Shown here: one piece after another, positions 7,327-9,254 of the stretch
How the letters are laid out: each line of letters opens with the position of its first letter
Numbering within the stretch: the first letter of the stretch is position 1
NCBI GenBank assembly: GCA_000388065.2
Contig: KB932204.1
Source of the DNA: Fonticula alba ATCC 38817
Lineage: Eukaryota > Protista > Nucleariida
Length of the DNA: 9,254 nucleotides
Strand: one strand, 5' to 3'
Notes under the pieces: model-generated
The model's input: the letters and a program-made list of their open reading frames with translations, nothing else
What the model was told of the DNA's origin: nothing
Databases searched by the model: none
Position numbers and translations under genes: made by a program

Positions 7327-9254
7327 GGAAAGAGAAAAAGAGAAAAAGGTCTCATCCCGCGCGCGTCCATGCAGCTGCCGCGTTCCGGAAACACCCCCGG
7401 CCGGTTCCGGGCGTGAGGCCCCAGCAGAGACCTGGCCTATCCGTTGGCAGTCGCCACTCTGGTGCCCGATCGCACGTCCGATCTCGCAGCAGCGGAACCC
7501 CCGGGACCGAGCACAAACGCAATGGGGGCGTTCTGATCCTGCCCCCCCCCCCCCCCCCCCTCTCCTGGCGGGCCCAGGGCCGGTCGCCTGCCAGGCTCGT
7601 GGCACGGCGGCCGATCTGTCCCAAGATCGACGCATACAGAGGGCGGAGGGCAAAAAAAAAAACAAAAAAACAAATCCCCCCGCCCCCGTCGCCTGGCTGT
7701 TGGCCTGCATCAACCCCCTTCACCCGCTCGCCGCCACCTCCCCCGCACCTCTCCCCCCGCCCCTTCCCGCCCTGACATCATGGCCACCACCAGCCCCTTC
7801 CCGGCGACCGAGCCGGAACTTGTCAAACTCCCGCTCCTCGCCATCGAAAAGCGCTTCATCAATGACTGCATCCGAGGTTCGGCCCCTGCTCGCGTGTCAC
7901 GCTCCCTCGTCTTCGCGCTCCCCCTTGCCCCCCGCCGCACGATGCCACACTTGTTAACCTGCCTCCTCCTCGCCACCCACCGCCAGCCATCTGCCACAGC
8001 ATCTTCCTTGCCCGGCACTTGGACCAGGTTCGCCCGAAGGACTTCCACGCAACGGACCCCGATGCCGCAGGACTCGACGTTGTGTGGGTGCGACCGCCCC
8101 CCCTCCCCCTACCCCCGCCCCCTCTTCTGCTGCCTTCGGTCTTCTTACCCTGCCCCATGCTCCCCTCCGGCACCAGGCCGGTCCCGACATCTTCGGCTCG
8201 TCCGAGGGCCCCGCTGCCGACTCCTCGAGCAAGTCCATCCAGCACTTCTTCAACACCCTCAGCGAATCCTTCATCAAGGAAATCCCCCAACGCTTGTCTC
8301 AGGTCCAGGTGACCTCACAGCCGCAGCCCACCTCCTCGGACGACATCTATATCGACATTTACGATGTGACCAGCGTCCCGGCCGATGCTCTGGGACAATC
8401 GCCCGATCGCGCTGCCGGGCCACCCCCCGGACGCCACCTCGAGCGGTGGGTTCTCCCCATTCAACTTTTGACCGACTCCAGCCGCGGCCCGGTGGAGCTC
8501 TTCAACATCGAAGCCCCGCGCCCCGGTGGAGGTGCTCTTCCCCCGCCCGACAACTCGCCCGGGGCGGTGGATGGTGCGCCCTCTCGACGGCTCCCTCCTC
8601 GTCCCCCTTGCTCCTGTTCCCCCCCCCCCCCCCACACACACACACCTTGGCTTGCATCTTTGCGGCCCCCTGACACCCGATGGCCCCCTCCCCCTGTACC
8701 ACCACCGATCCCCCCCCCCCCTTCGTAGCTCGCTTGAAGCTTGAGAACATCCTCGCTCGGATCGGCGCACACACCTTGGCCACGTCCAACTGGTGGGCTG
8801 ACACCGGATCCGTGCGCGTGGCCTTGGTGGTATGAAGTCTCTCACCCTCCTGCCCCCTCAAGCACACGCACATACACACGCACATACACACGCACACACA
8901 CACACACACACACACCTTTTCTCCCTCTCTCTCTCCCAACCCGGCTCTCAGCTCGTTTCGCCCCGACACCTGACCCCTCGCCCCCCTCCCCCGCCTGTCA
9001 TCCTTCTGGCCTTGGTCAAATAGGTGGCCTTTAAGCCCAAAGATCGCCTCAATTTGTTCCGCTTCCCCCTTCCACTCCCCTTCATGCGGTGAAGAGAAAA
9101 AGAAGAGAACAGGTCAGAGAAGCACATTTATTCTTGCCCCTCTGGGACATCGGCCACAATAAAGTACACACACATGTCTCGCCAACGGAGCGACAACCAC
9201 CCTCGCGGGTTGTTGAAAAGCCCATCTCCTGGGAGACGCCCATCGAGAGAGAGA
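7263..9254. repeat. Direct repeat copy 2 (1992 bp) of 1-1992
   Basis: See copy 1. Confidence 0.97.
7780..9092 (+). CDS. ATG101: Second identical copy of the Atg101-like gene; join(7780..7876,7987..8087,8177..8573,8729..8829,9024..9092)
   Basis: Exact duplicate of 518..1830 at +7262; may be the same locus emitted twice by the assembler. Confidence 0.7.

Noticed and set aside
6778-7957. Long ORFs of 311, 368 and 231 aa with RE/SL repeats
   Set aside because: Read-through of the GA microsatellite and stop-poor GC-rich DNA.
1-9254. Terminal repeats as LTRs, or the unit as a plasmid or virus
   Set aside because: The repeat contains a whole cellular gene, and no Rep, capsid, transposase or polymerase ORF was found.

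Overview
GC-rich eukaryotic nuclear-type DNA from a probable protist (taxon not determinable from sequence), rich in microsatellites and homopolymers. Four intact genes were reconstructed by hand, with 10 GT-AG spliceosomal introns: an Atg101-like autophagy HORMA protein (+, 5 exons), RNase H1 (-, 5 exons, two in-frame ATGs), an intronless mitochondrial-type J-domain protein (+), and a nuclear, intron-containing, apparently mitochondrion-targeted CcmA heme-export ABC ATPase (+, 3 exons). Bases 1-1992 recur, apparently identically, at 7263-9254, so the window reads as a 7262-bp unit plus an overlap. This could be a circle, a tandem array or an assembly loop. There is a 10-N scaffold gap at 5933-5942. 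The main leads are the possible 7.3-kb circular or tandem four-gene unit, a nuclear System I ccmA, and a 5' splice-site consensus with a pyrimidine at +4 in all 10 introns.
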